A stretch of DNA of 64,000 nucleotides, from contig JBHGNT010000016.1 in the NCBI GenBank assembly GCA_043228905.1, positions 7,254,001 through 7,318,000 on the forward strand. Reading direction: 5' to 3'. Position 1 is the stretch's first letter. Each line of letters starts with the position of its first letter. The notes beneath the pieces were generated by a model that made no database searches, had not been told where the DNA came from, and saw nothing but the letters and a program-made list of their open reading frames with translations. The stretch comes from Azolla caroliniana. Taxonomy: Eukaryota; Plantae; Polypodiophyta. Both the position numbers and the translations under genes were made by a program. This document shows positions 51,950 through 64,000 of this stretch, piece after piece.

Positions 51950-53600
51950 ACCGGACAAGATGTGCTCTCTTAGAGCAAGAGCTTGTTAGTTCGAGGCCCA
52001 CCATGATCAATGTGCGTCCTCATTGTGCACTCGATCGCCGAATGACCTAGATTCAAGCACGTTGTGCATTGCAAGGCCTGCCAAAACCAGAGTTCTTCTT
52101 CTTTCGGCAAGGCATGTTGCAATGATGCCATTGATAGCTTGTTGCTAGTTTGGCCAATGTCCATAGTTAATACGCGATTGATTACCTATTCGATCGAGTT
52201 TTGTTAAAAATCGAGCACTTCTATGGTCGTTCAGAGTGGCTCCCTGAGAGCTACAAGAAATGCATCTTTTAGTTCGTCTACTAGGAGCTACCGTGCCAAC
52301 TACCATGTTAGGTTCTGAAACCGGATGATGAACTGCAGAATCGATTCTTTAGGTTCCTGTGCCACTACATAGAACTGGCACATTAGTTCCTGCTTTGGGA
52401 TTTGTTGATGGAAGAGCCAAATAAATCTGTCCTTGAGCTCTTGAAACGACTGGAACTCTCCCAACACGTGTTGTGAATACCTATTCGTTGCTTGTCCTTC
52501 GAACGACAAGCAAGCCGAACTCGGCAATTTTTTATGCATCTGCATCGGCCGTGGCTAGGCATTGTGACACGTGGTTGGCTTGCCACGTTATGAGGAAAGC
52601 GTGGACACACGCCTCAACGTCAGCTCCCTCATTGTATCATGGATAGAGGTACGACATTGTGTCGATTTCTGAGTCCTCTGGAACCCTTTGAAGTGGGTTG
52701 TTGCCTTCAGGGTGTTCAGCCTGTGACCAAGTGTGTGGTTCCTTATGGCGCGCCGATCCTGCGACTAGGCCTTCCTCCTTTGCTTGTTTATTGTGTACTC
52801 ATAGCTCGACTTGGACATGCCAAATTGTTTTACTCCCCTTTGGAGGAACACACTCTCGGTTACTTCTCCCGAGTAACTGGATCAAGGTATTGCGGTAGGA
52901 AGGAGAGAACAAGGCTTCGGGTCATCCCATCGACTATGCACTTAGCCGGATACGAGGTTAGGGTAACTTTTACTCTAGGGTTACCCGGGATATCTCACTT
53001 TGAGGGTACCCAGCTCGTCTACTCCGCACAACACTTGAGACACAAACCGATTTTTTATAGACTCACAAGGAACACAGGAATATGTATCCTGTCTAATCGA
53101 CTACAACCGATTCAGGGTACACGACTACACTATATTAGGAGATTAACACACATTAGAATATAGATAGAACACACAAGGTTACCCCACAAGAAATAATAAT
53201 ATCTTAGTGGTACAACTCTATTACAAGCACCAATCAACTATCAATATCGCTCTCTATTCTCTAAGAAAAGTGCTTCACTCTTCTATACAATTTCTCGTCT
53301 AAAACATACCTCCTCTCCTCTCTCATTCACACAATACTTATATAAGACTCCATGCTTCCTATTTCTAGAAAGCATGGTGACTTACAATCGTTTCAGCCAT
53401 TGAATAATTGGCGTTATTGTAACGCCCCATTCGGCTCTTGGCTGGCTCCCCTTGTTTGACTTTTTCCTATGCTTGGCCTCTTGTCTCCTTTCAAACCTTC
53501 GATCGTCTTGCCCGACCAACAATCATTCATCAAATGTGGTTGAGAGATTGGAAAGAGGTGATCGATTGCCAAGGAAAATATTTGATTATTTGAGAAGAAT
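51950..53600 (-). mobile_element. Degenerate gypsy gag fragment with 5' LTR (from ~52826); boundaries approximate
   Basis: CTTCLNLGHSAIEC knuckle; FQELKDRF...QEPKESILQFIIRF gag motif; LTR-like sequence with TATA at ~53340. Confidence 0.6.
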
Positions 53601-54842
53601 AAAAATACACGACACTCATCTCCAAATCCACACGAAATAGCATAATGGATATGACACTCACCTCCAAATCTAGAGATTGTGGGATTAAAGTCCCACCATG
53701 ATTGACGCTTCATTAGGGTATAACCATGATGGCTTATCCATTAAAAATGATAACATGCTAGGCATGACTTTAGTGGGGCATCTTCGAGATGATTGTATTA
53801 TAAATCAATTCTACTATATAATTCAAATTCTCTATAACATGAACTTTTAAGTTTGTAAGTTTTCCCCCTCTATTGCAAAAGATCATGGGTTCAAGTCACA
53901 TGATGATCATAATAAGGAATCACATGTTGAACATAAGTACATCATCAACTTGTTATATCACATATAATGTCTGTACGCTTGGATAATGTGGCCTAATGTA
54001 CATCAAGATCACCTTTGATTGAGCAATCGTGGGGTTTAAGTCACATCATGATCATAATAAGGGACCACACATTAAACATCTATATCATCAGCTTACTATT
54101 CCATATAAACTTTTACAACTTGGATCATGTGGCTTAATGTTTGCATTTGACGCAAGAGATTGGAAATTACTTTAATATCAAATTGTAGTCTTGATTGAAA
54201 CAAATCTCATCACCTACGTTCATTGTTCATTTTCACACATTTTGTTGCCTCCATTATTATTAATGAGTTCTTCAACCACATTCATTTTTTCATTAAGTAT
54301 GAACCATACGTACCATACTTGCATTCACATTCACGATGTTCAATCATTCGCGTAAGAAAAACACCCTTAAAGAATAATAAATACCATACTTTTGGATTAA
54401 CTATTTATTATGAGGTAAATAAGCCTAAAAAATGAAAAAGAAACAAAAAAAACATTAAAAAAATGGGAAAAAAACACAAGAATGTTTGAATAACATTCAC
54501 CTTCGTTTTCCAACGTAGGAAAACGAAAGTTATGCTAGACGAACACGAATTTTACGTACTATGATTAAGAATGCCCCAAGATTAGATAATATTCATAGTG
54601 GTCTAATTCACTTCTTCCAATACATGCATGACTATCAAATGCCTTAAACTTCTTTTGATGCTAGAGTCATTTGAACTTGCTAGTTTGTAGAGTTTTAATT
54701 AATCTAGAAAATTTTATCGTGAGTGCTCTACCAAATTTTATGAGATTTTAGGTTCAAGTTGCAACATCATCATAATAAGAACCAAACACAACTCTTTTCA
54801 TCGTCATATAATTATATTTATGAGTTTGTTGAATAAATATGT

Positions 54843-54915
54843 GATTGTGTGGCCCAATGGATAAGGTGCTTGCCTCCGGAGTGAGAGATTGTGGATTCAA
54901 ATCCCACCATAATTG
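54843..54915 (+). pseudogene. tRNA-Arg(CCG)-derived pseudogene
   Basis: gattgtgtggcccaatggataaggtgcttgcctCCGgagtgagagattgtggattcaaatcccaccataattg. Confidence 0.75.
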
Positions 54916-55659
54916 TGATTCAATCATGGGCTTGGGGATAGGTTATTACTCACAAATGTTATTGAGACATCAAGACTTATTACCAACTTGTGATGTTGAT
55001 TGGAGTGACTAATATCACCAATAATTTGTGTTGATTTTCACACATTTTGACACCTCTAACAAGCTCCCCAACCATGAGACTTAGAACTTAGAAATGTCTC
55101 TATCACCAAGTTGTGGGGTTGCATATATTAGGAGTTCCTAAATCAAAGCACTTAATGTTTGTTATCGAAAGAGTTTAGTCATGTTTAGTATTAGATGAGG
55201 TAACTATTTGATTGTTTCGACTCAATAAGGTCACCAGAACCTAAACTTGGCAAGATTAATAAAACCTCATAACTTAGGTAAATGTTTGATTGTTTAATGG
55301 AAATAAAATTGATGTTGCTTGTGTTTCACCATGATTTACTAATCATAATGGCATAATCACATTCACATCTTGAGAGAGAGAGTGCCCAACCATAAGACAA
55401 TATTATGATGCGCAAAATGTTATGAATTTACTTGTTTGAATACACCATTTCCTAATGGAGCACACATTATTATAGAACCATGGGATGGGTCAACACAATA
55501 CCCCCACCAACTCAACTTGGAGGAGCTCTCCAAACACCTATGTGTTTGGAAGACATCACACCACCCGAGAGGCCCAATTTGTTCTCCATCCTTACTAATG
55601 CCATCAAGAGTCAGGAAGGTTCCAAGAGACTCGATCGCCTCTTGGAGAGAGAGAGATAG

Positions 55660-58430
55660 AGGAAAAATGCAATGATGTTTCAATGATAGTGTTGAAACAT
55701 GTTTCTGATGTGACTTTGCATTCAGAACTCCATTTTTTGTGATTTTTGGCTCATTGCAAAACTCATTCAAAGAGCTTTCCAAGATTATTTGGACACTAAG
55801 TTTCGTGGTCGCTACAAGTTACAAGGAAAATCATCATATTTTGTTATGATGTCTATTTCATTGATGGGAGGGTTGTACAAAGTGTTTGTAGAGACAATTA
55901 TCCAACGGACTTAATAAATTCTTACCTTAGTTTATTCACCCATGTCAATACGGTTTTATTGCAAGTAGAAATATATTGCATAATGTATTGAATGTTCATA
56001 TGGCCATTGATCATACTTGACATACACATCAAGAAACGATTATGGTGCAATTAGATTTGGGGAAAGCACATGATCATGTTAATTGGTCTTTTCTTTAAGG
56101 CATATGTATAATATGGGGTTTGGTCTTTGTATGTGTCGACTTATCTTTTTTCTAAGGCAAAATGCAACATCTCCTGTGATGCTTAATGGTGGAGTTACTT
56201 TGAAAGTTTTTCTTACTAGATCCGTGTAGCAAGGATGTCCACTAAGTCTATTACTATTTGTTATTGTTACGCATCCTTTGTTAGTAATGTTGTCCAATAT
56301 TGCAACCATTGGTGATATTGTGGTTTTGCATCTTCCTTTTGGTGGCACGAGCATTGGCTGATGATTCTTTTATGTTTCTACAAACCTCAAAAGAAAATCT
56401 TGAAAAGAGTATGCAAGTTTGGGATAAATTTGCCTTGGCTTCAAGGTTGCATATAAATTGGAGGAAGTCTTGCCTTATTTCTTACACAAAGAGTGATTTG
56501 GAATGGCGAGGGCCAATGATTACACGAGGATCAATTTATCAGCATTTGGGGTATCCATTGGGTGTTCATGTTCCAAATGTTCAACTGATTGATTGAATTG
56601 GTAGTAAATTTGTTGAGCGGACAAGCTCAATTGGATCTGGATCAGTATCCGGAACCAGGAGCCGGATCAGAGAGACAGATCAGAATGAACCGGTAGGCCG
56701 TTAGAGGGCTACAAATCTAGCCTAGTACGTAGTCATATTTTTGGGAGTCAGTGCCAGTCGCTCGTATGAGCATTGAAGTACTTGTCAGTAGTAAGTACTT
56801 CTATTAGTCCTTTTAAGGACTTGTAGTGTTATGTAAGACATTGTATGTACACATAGCCTTATTATTTTAAATTGAGTTTACTGTTTTGCTCTCTCTGTCT
56901 CTCTTGTGTAAGGTTTCCATTAAACATGTGTCTATATTCTATTGCTATCCGGCTAAGCCGATTTTGTCTTAAGCTTTCACATACTACTTTTTCAAAATTG
57001 AAGGACGAATTTATGTATTGGAAGTCTTGATAGTGGCCCTTTCATGTACAACTCAAAGTGGTGAAATGTATCTTGATACCCATGTTATTATATTTTTTAC
57101 CATTACTTCCTTGGACTAAGAAGGCATTACAAGCATTGTTGCAACCTCTTCGGTTCATGCTATGGCGAAAGGGAGAAAGGATGGGAGTTACATGGATTTC
57201 ATGGGACCATTTGGCTACTCCTAAACAACTAGGTGGTGCAACAATATTGGATTTGGAAATGCATTTGATGGCTCATAAATTTGCATTATTATGAGATATG
57301 TGTCAACAAGATCAACCATGGATAACTATGATGCAATATTTTATTGAGCATGAAGGATTGGTGCATGGGAAAACAAAGGTTCAAGCATCGTGGTAGTCAT
57401 TACTCAATGGATACACTATTCCTCTACATATTCAACATTCTATATGCGGACAACAATTGGTAAGTCATGGCAAGATGCATTAACCTTTTTTCAATTGGGC
57501 ACCATCAAGTGCTCGAGAATTTTGCAATTCGTTACAAAATGAATTGATCGTTTCTTCTTGAGTGTCGTATTGGCATGGAAAAGGGAAACTGCGATCTCAA
57601 TTCAATCATTTATAATTTTCGATTGGGGGTTCTACATTTGGGAGACGTGGTTGATAATAAATCTCAAAGGTTCTCCAAGTTTGAGATCCTAAATGATGGT
57701 TATGCATTCCCCCAAATTATGGATTTATTTGGGAGAAATTGCAAAATATACCATTGTTGCATGGATCGTTGACATTGAAAACAAATGTTGCACCTTGGGC
57801 AGATTGGTAGTTACAAGATTGTACACGCTTGTTACAGGTCACTACAAATCTATTGTATCATCATGTAATGGCTATCTCCTAAACTAGAAAAGGTGTGGAA
57901 TGTACGTAAGTCGAATGCCAGGTGGTGACAAATATTACAATGTGGTTGGCATTCCCATTTGCCATTTTGTGCAAAGGTATCCATATGGAGAGTCATGATT
58001 GGTGGGCTCCCATTAGGTTTAGCCTTAGAGATATGCGAACTAGGGTTAGGCATGTGTTTCTTTTGCACCATTGTGGTGTTGGAGGACAATACACATAGGT
58101 TCATTAAATGTCCTATAGTGTGCATAATTTGGAAGTACTTATTTGGACGTTTGACAAGTTTTAAACCGTTGTTATTTGAGGCCTCAACAATGGGTTTTTT
58201 CTCAGTATGTTCAAATTGGTCTAAACGACGAGATGGAGATATCTTTCCAATTTTTACAATATTGTTGACTGCAACACAATTGGAATATGTGTAATGCTTG
58301 CATGTTTGATAGTTGACATGGGTTGAACCTATATGAAGAAGTTTAAAGGTATTCTTACAAGTTATGTGGAATTTCTGGATGTTAGTGCATGTGGGGATCA
58401 TTTCATCAAGTGCATATTCTAATTTTCTAG
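55660..58430 (+). mobile_element. Degenerate L1-type LINE ORF2 (RT and zf-RVT)
   Basis: LDLGKAHDHVNW, QGCPLS, ADDS, INWRKS, HLGYPLG, ISWDHLATPKQLGG, CFFC...EDNTHRFIKC. Confidence 0.85.
56611..56994. mobile_element. Solo LTR inside the LINE
   Basis: TG...CA ends; TSD AAATT at 56606-56610 and 56995-56999; removal restores the LINE frame IGSKLKDEFMYWKS. Confidence 0.8.
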
Positions 58431-58442
58431 TGGCGTTATAGG

Positions 58443-58828
58443 TAACAATCAACAATTGTTTGGTTCGGTTTGAGAGGGTCAAAACCGAATCGGTTTGAAA
58501 CCAAACCGTTTAAAATTTTAGAAACCTGAACCGAACCGAACCGAAACCATTAAAAAAATTTCAAACCGTTAAACCATAAATATTTCATTATTTAAAATTT
58601 CAAAATTTTAAAGATTTTCCTAAAATGTGAGAATAAGGCATGAAAATGAAAAGATTGTTTAAAAACAAAATTTAAAAATTTTCTTTTTAAATTTAAATAA
58701 AAATCTGTGAAACTATGGTTTCTAACTGTTGAAATTGAACCGAACCTGAACTGAACCAAACCGAACCGTTTTAATCATTAAGTTGTGCTTTCACGGTTCG
58801 GTTCAAATTGAACCGTTGCCGATTGTTA
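58443..58828. mobile_element. hAT-type MITE copy 1
   Basis: 8-bp TSD GTTATAGG (58435-58442, 58829-58836); TIR taacaatc; subterminal aaccg/cggtt motifs. Confidence 0.85.
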
Positions 58829-59238
58829 GTTATAGGAGCTCCCGCTCCTTAGATAGGCATAGGATAGATAGGTAGAGGAGGCTAAGAACAAGTGGGATTT
58901 TACATACATTTAATATAATTGTGTGCTTTTTTACCAAGAGAGAGAGAGACAAAAAGAAAACACCAAGCTACATTCCACAAATGGCATCCAGTATGGTAAT
59001 TTGAGAGGTAAATATAGAGTAACAGAGAGGTGAGAATATTGGGTCTTGAACCCAAGACCTAGGGCTGATAGTAAGAACTTACCATTATGGTAAAGTAATT
59101 ACAATAAGCATAAAAAGAAGAAACAACCCAACCCGACCGTCCATCTATGTTGTCCCAATGTAGCGATCTGTGATTTGTGATCCCGAGTGGAGGACTCCAC
59201 GGATTATTCATGGCACCTGAGATGGCAAGGGTCGTCAA

Positions 59239-59729
59239 TAACAATTGGCTGCCTCGGTTTGAACCGAACCGAAACGCGAAACCGTGGCTTAACGGCTTAA
59301 CAATTTCAACGGTTCAGTGCGGTTTAACAGCCATAAACCACACTTTAAATGGTTAATGGTTTATTATTATTTATTTATTTTTTAAAAATTAATTAATTAA
59401 TTAATTTTTTTTTTGTAAGAAACTTAAAAAATTGTTTTTAAACAATCTTTTCATTTTTATACCTTATTCTCACATTTTAGGAACATCTTAAAAATTTTAA
59501 AATTTTTTAAAAATGAAATATTATAAATTAAAAAAAATTAAAATTTTGATCTATCTTGAAAACCGAAGCCGAACCACGAAACCGGAGTTTTTACGGTTTA
59601 ATGGTTTGAAAATTGTTTGACGATTCGGTTTAACGGTTCCGTGGTTTGGTTTGGTTTGGATCAGGTTTCAAAAATGTTAAACGGTTCGGTTCCAAACCGG
59701 TTCCCGAACCGAACCGTTGCCGAATGTTA
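59239..59729. mobile_element. hAT-type MITE copy 2, inverted relative to copy 1
   Basis: 8-bp TSD GTCGTCAA (59231-59238, 59730-59737); TIR taaca(a/t)t(t/c)ggc; 59432-59489 is the reverse complement of 58612-58668. Confidence 0.87.
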
Positions 59730-59780
59730 GTCGTCAATGCGAATCAACATGAGCCAGAGGAGGGTAGGGGTGGTGGTACA

Positions 59781-59799
59781 CGTGGCATCAGATGATTGG
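59781..59799 (-). promoter_or_regulatory. ER stress response element (CCAAT-N9-CCACG) upstream of TIN1
   Basis: plus strand CGTGG-catcagatg-ATTGG, with further ccacgt/cacgtgg cores at ~59805 and ~59837. Confidence 0.7.
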
Positions 59800-59865
59800 C
59801 TAGACCACGTCTTTCCCCTCCATCTGTTTCTTTTCACACGTGGCAAACGTAAAACCATTCCCGAT

Positions 59866-60235
59866 TCCTTTTTATATTTATTGTTTTCTATTTTAATAAT
59901 AATAATAATAATAATTATTATTATTATTTGGAGTCTGAGGAGAATTTCTCATCGCTCTTCGTCCTTTTTATATTTATTGTTTTCTATTTTAATAATAATA
60001 ATTATTATTATTATTTGGAGTCTGAGGAGAATTTCTCATCGCTCTTCGTCCTTTTTATATTTATTGTTTTCTATTTTAATAATAATAATAATTATTATTA
60101 TTTGGAGTCTGAGGAGAATTTCTCATCGCTCTTCGTCCTTTTTATATTTATTTTTTTCTATTTTAATAATAATAATAATAATAATTATTATTATTATTTG
60201 GAGTCTGAGGAGAATTTCTCATCGCTCTTCGTCCT
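59866..60235. repeat. Four ~90-bp tandem units with (AAT)n(ATT)n cores just upstream of the TIN1 ATG
   Basis: ggagtctgaggagaatttctcatcgctcttcgtcc occurs four times. Confidence 0.95.
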
Positions 60236-60332
60236 CCTGTTTCTTCTTCCCTCTGTTTCCTGCAGCGTTTCCTCTCTCTCTCTCTCTCTCTCTCTGTTTT
60301 TCTTTTTTCTTTTCTTTTTGTATTGAATCCAA

Positions 60333-60594
60333 ATGGATCTGTTGCGCAGTTCGATCGCCTGCTTCTCTCTGCTCCTCATCTCCGTGATCGCTGAGGATCT
60401 CACCGTCTTCAAGCTCGATCAGACTCATTCTGCAACGCATCAAGCCGTCTCGGTAATGAAAACTCTAACCTTTTCTGGATCGATCGAGAGAGGTAATAAT
60501 AGAAACAGAAATAGAGATTTAGATTTAGATTTAAATAGAGATAGTTTAGATTTCTCTCTGCGACGTACCAACCTGTTTCGGCACTATCCTTTCT

Positions 60595-60625
<31 letters not shown>

Positions 60626-63390
60626 TACTAGGTAGATAGAAAGATAGGATTTTTTACAGAGATTGAGAGCGTGGAACTATACTCATTTTGCAACGCATAG
60701 AGAAGTCTAATCAGTAAAATCTAGACTTTCCAAAGTTTCAGTAAGAAAATCTAAAAATTCCTGTGTGTGAGAGAGGGAGATCTGAATCATTCCGGAAAGA
60801 CAGGTAGATATATGTGCTTTCCCCTTACATTTCAATGCTTCCAAAAAAAAGTGAAACCATTGCTTTTCAGCATGTAAATCTATTGGCACCCACTCTTTTA
60901 CTTCATTGGGACAAAAACTACTTCTGCTCTACAATAATGAAAGAGTTTGATAATGATTGATCTTCTGTTGGCAATTATTACTGTGAAAAAATTCCTGTTG
61001 AAAAGTTTTCTGAAAATTGCAAGGTGGAGTACATCCGTATGAAATTTATGGTCTAATTGCAGGAAGTTCAAAATATCACAGAAGTTTCAATTGCCTTTAA
61101 GACATTTCATGCTTTTTGTCATATCTGAAACGGCAAGATTTTCTCTAGTTTTAAGTGTCTGACTAGCTATATAAGGAAAAGCGTTTTGTACTTGTATAAT
61201 ATCTGTAACGATGAGGTTTTCTATAGTTTTGCATGCCTGACTAGTTATAACCATAGCTCTGCGGAAAGTTTTTTTGTGTGATTTTGGTGTGTAAATTATT
61301 ATGTAAGGCAATCATCTCATAATTGTCAAGACTATAAAAAATGTAGAAAGTCAAAATGGTGAACTACATAGCCCTTCCTTAATGTAAATCCTATCTTATT
61401 CTTGGTTGGTGTGATTACACTTGACCAGGATGCAGCTGATGCACTTATTTCAAGCTTAGGCTGGAGTAAAGATGATGTGAAGATAGCTGAGATAGACACG
61501 AAAGATTCAAAATTTGGACAGACACTTGTCTATGAGTTTGATATTGAGGTAGGCGAAACTGTGATTCCGTTGAGGTTATCTGAAGAAGTTCACAATTGGA
61601 AATATCTGGATGAGCTTCCTTTCGGAGGCAACGAATTTCAGACCCTTCCAGCAACTCTGGCTAATGAACAGACACATGGATTGCAAGCAATCTTGGCTCC
61701 GTTTCAGTTATCCGGTCCTGTGGAGCTCTGGATCCAAGATGCAGAGCAGTTACGGCTTGCAGTTCCAGTAAGCTCAACCACAAATGCTGAATCTTGTCCA
61801 TACATATCAATTTAGTGTGTATGAATGAAAATGCTGTTTGCACTGTTCTAAACTTTATCTCTTCTAATGCTCTATATCTGACATGTTATATTAATGCCTG
61901 TGAAAGTAATTATTTGTTTGGATGGATGGATCAATATTGAATAATCGTTCGTTCTATTTGAGAAAACATGGCTTGTTATCTAATAGTAGTCTCTTAAATA
62001 GACATACTGGTGAAATTTTAGGGTTTAGGGTTGTACTTGAGAAATTACCGTGTAATCAAAGTTTTCAACGTATTGCATGTATTGACCTGTACTGAAGCCC
62101 TAAATGGTCTATATAGTATCACTTACTATAAACTGGTGAAATGCAAGAGGTTAATTTTTTTTTTTGAGGCCATCATCACGTAAAATGCCTAATAACAATG
62201 CACCATTTTAAAGATCCTTTCTCTCAAAGTCAGGCTTAATTATATTTGGGACCCTTGTGATGGTCCAGAATTTAGAAAGTTCTGCTTAGAGTTTCTGGTA
62301 ATAGCTGGCTCTTGTGAGGTGATTTCTGTTGTTGTGCTCTCCATAAACTTTCACACACATATGTTTTTACTATATATGAAAATGGAGTTGATACATTAGC
62401 CAAGTGTGTGCCTTTCTTTTGTCTTGCATTTGCATAATTAAATCTGGCACTCTGGTTTGTAAGCCATGGTTTATGTGCAATCATGGTGGTTAAAATGAAA
62501 TATTAACATGGTTTATGTGGTGGGTGGGTGTGATGCTGCAGAATGATGTGGAAGCAGGGGTTTTAAGGAAAGTACTTTTAGCCGATGGTGCTGTTGTAAC
62601 AGTTGAAGGAGCCCGTGAAGTGAGCTTGGCCAAACCATTACAGTTACCACTCCCTTTACCTGGCATCTCAAATGATGGTGGCCTAGCTGCAAGTATTGTA
62701 GCTCTTGCCGAACGTCTACGATATGCATCTCGTGCTGAAGAGAAACCTCTATTGTCTTTAAAGATCGTGGGTCCAACTTCTCTAATTGCATCTAGTGTGA
62801 AGGAAGAGTCAGATACAAGTAGGAGCAAACTAAAAGTCAAGAGGTTGGCACCTGGGGCCGTGAAGCTAGTATCACCTCATCATGAGGAACGAGCACTTGT
62901 GACCTCTATGAACTCTCTCCCTATACTAAACCAAGTGAACAGGGAATCTTGGCTATGGCCTTTGCCTTCACTGAATGGCTCTGATTCTAGATTGTTGAAC
63001 TTGGAGAAGATATTGATGTCTGCATTAGGCTCTGATGCACACAAGAAGGGGTCTTTCAAGCTCTTAAGAGCTAAAGTGGCGGCAGCAACATTCGTGAGGG
63101 TTGAGTTCCAGTTGGAGAAGAAGCTCTCCGATGAGAGCTTTTCTCCGGAGGATTGGCCAGAGTGGAGAACTAGGCCCTCGGTTTCGAGGTTGCAATTTGA
63201 GCTCTTTGTGAAGGTTGAAGGCCAACAACTCCTGCCAGTAAGGATACAGGAAATTGAGACATACCCGAATGTGGACTCTATGACTTGGAGAGTAGCAATG
63301 GGTAATGTTACTCGCAGCAAGATTCCTCGAGTTCTTTTACCACCAAGTTCAATGACACTGAACCCCACTTGGGATGGGCTCATGGGATAA
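60333..63390 (+). CDS. TIN1: TUNICAMYCIN INDUCED 1 homologue; exons 60333-60452, 61429-61767, 62542-63390
   Basis: signal peptide; YEFDIEV, LAPFQLSGPVELWIQDA, DVEAGVLRKVLLADGAVVTVEGAREVSL, WPEWRTRP recognised from Arabidopsis At5g64510; phase-0 GT-AG introns. Confidence 0.9.
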
Positions 63391-64000
63391 GTGTGCCATA
63401 TTTCATGCCTTACAAGAAAGATCTGGCTAAGCCATGTATGTATATATAGAAAAATGAAGCATCACTAACTCCATGCCGCGTATAGATACCGAGGGTTCTT
63501 TTTGAAGTTGCATGAAAGAAATATCTAAAATTTAGGAGGCTTGCCTAGTTTGTCATATAGAATGCCCCAATTCTTTAGACTTACGTGTGGTTTGGCTTCT
63601 TGTAAAACCGATTTGTTCTTAGACCTGATTTGTTGCACTCTTTCATGTAATTATGGAACCAAATCACTGTGTTGGCTAATTCTTGGTTCTATCAATTCTT
63701 TATCAAATCATGATGATGTGTCGACCAATGCTTAAATTTGAAGCTCTCTTTAGGCTTCAAAATCTGTTTTTGGGTGTCATATTGGGCTTGATACGTAGCT
63801 TGAAACAATTAACTTATTTATTACATGATTTATTGGTCATCACATTACATTTTAATAGCTGGACATGATCCCCAACAAAAGACATGGGTTTTTCTTATGA
63901 TGAATAAGGCAATAACAATTTGCAGTTGGGTGATTTGAGGAGTCCAATTTGTTGATCGTCATCATAAGCTTGTTTAACAATATTTTGCAGTATGATGTGC

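Larger units (their letters stand above)
50770..54915. repeat. Cluster of decayed tRNA-Arg(CCG)-derived units, interrupted by a gypsy remnant
   Basis: gatcatgtggc(c/t)taatg heads and gattgtggg-tt(c/t)aagtc(c/a)cac/tcatgatc tails near 50780 (minus), 50870, 51447, 51705, 53645, 53880, 53981, 54122, 54745 and 54843. Confidence 0.65.

Noticed and set aside
59737-60387. 216-aa poly-Ile hydrophobic ORF
   Set aside because: Product of the (AAT)n(ATT)n tandem repeat.
62017-62033. Telomere-like TTTAGGG x2 (also near 38618)
   Set aside because: Only two units in an intron; at most a telobox.

Overview
Eukaryotic genomic DNA from a land plant, probably a non-seed plant (inferred from Tcn1-like gypsy, intron style and plant genes). 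The first ~34 kb is a nest of transposable elements: decayed Ty1/copia and Ty3/gypsy retrotransposons, solo LTRs, tandem repeats and a tRNA-Arg(CCG)-bearing repeat. The last 28 kb holds three intron-containing host genes (an uncharacterised multi-TM protein, a DCC-family thiol-disulfide oxidoreductase, and a TIN1 homologue with an upstream ERSE), plus LINE, gypsy and MITE debris. The main finding is a 14.4-kb DNA transposon at 19053-33431 (about 9.0 kb without a nested young copia). It has 36-bp TIRs and a 4-bp TSD (AATC), confirmed by an empty paralogous site nearby. It carries two divergent genes: a Sola-like DDD transposase and a six-exon gene for a ParB/Srx-like domain fused to a bacterial-type beta-class amino (N4C/N6A) DNA methyltransferase. 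Intron 1 of that gene holds five 25-bp CpG-rich palindromes at an exact 51-bp period. Together these suggest a transposon-encoded, possibly self-targeting DNA-modification system. All gene models were assembled by eye; no database searches were run.
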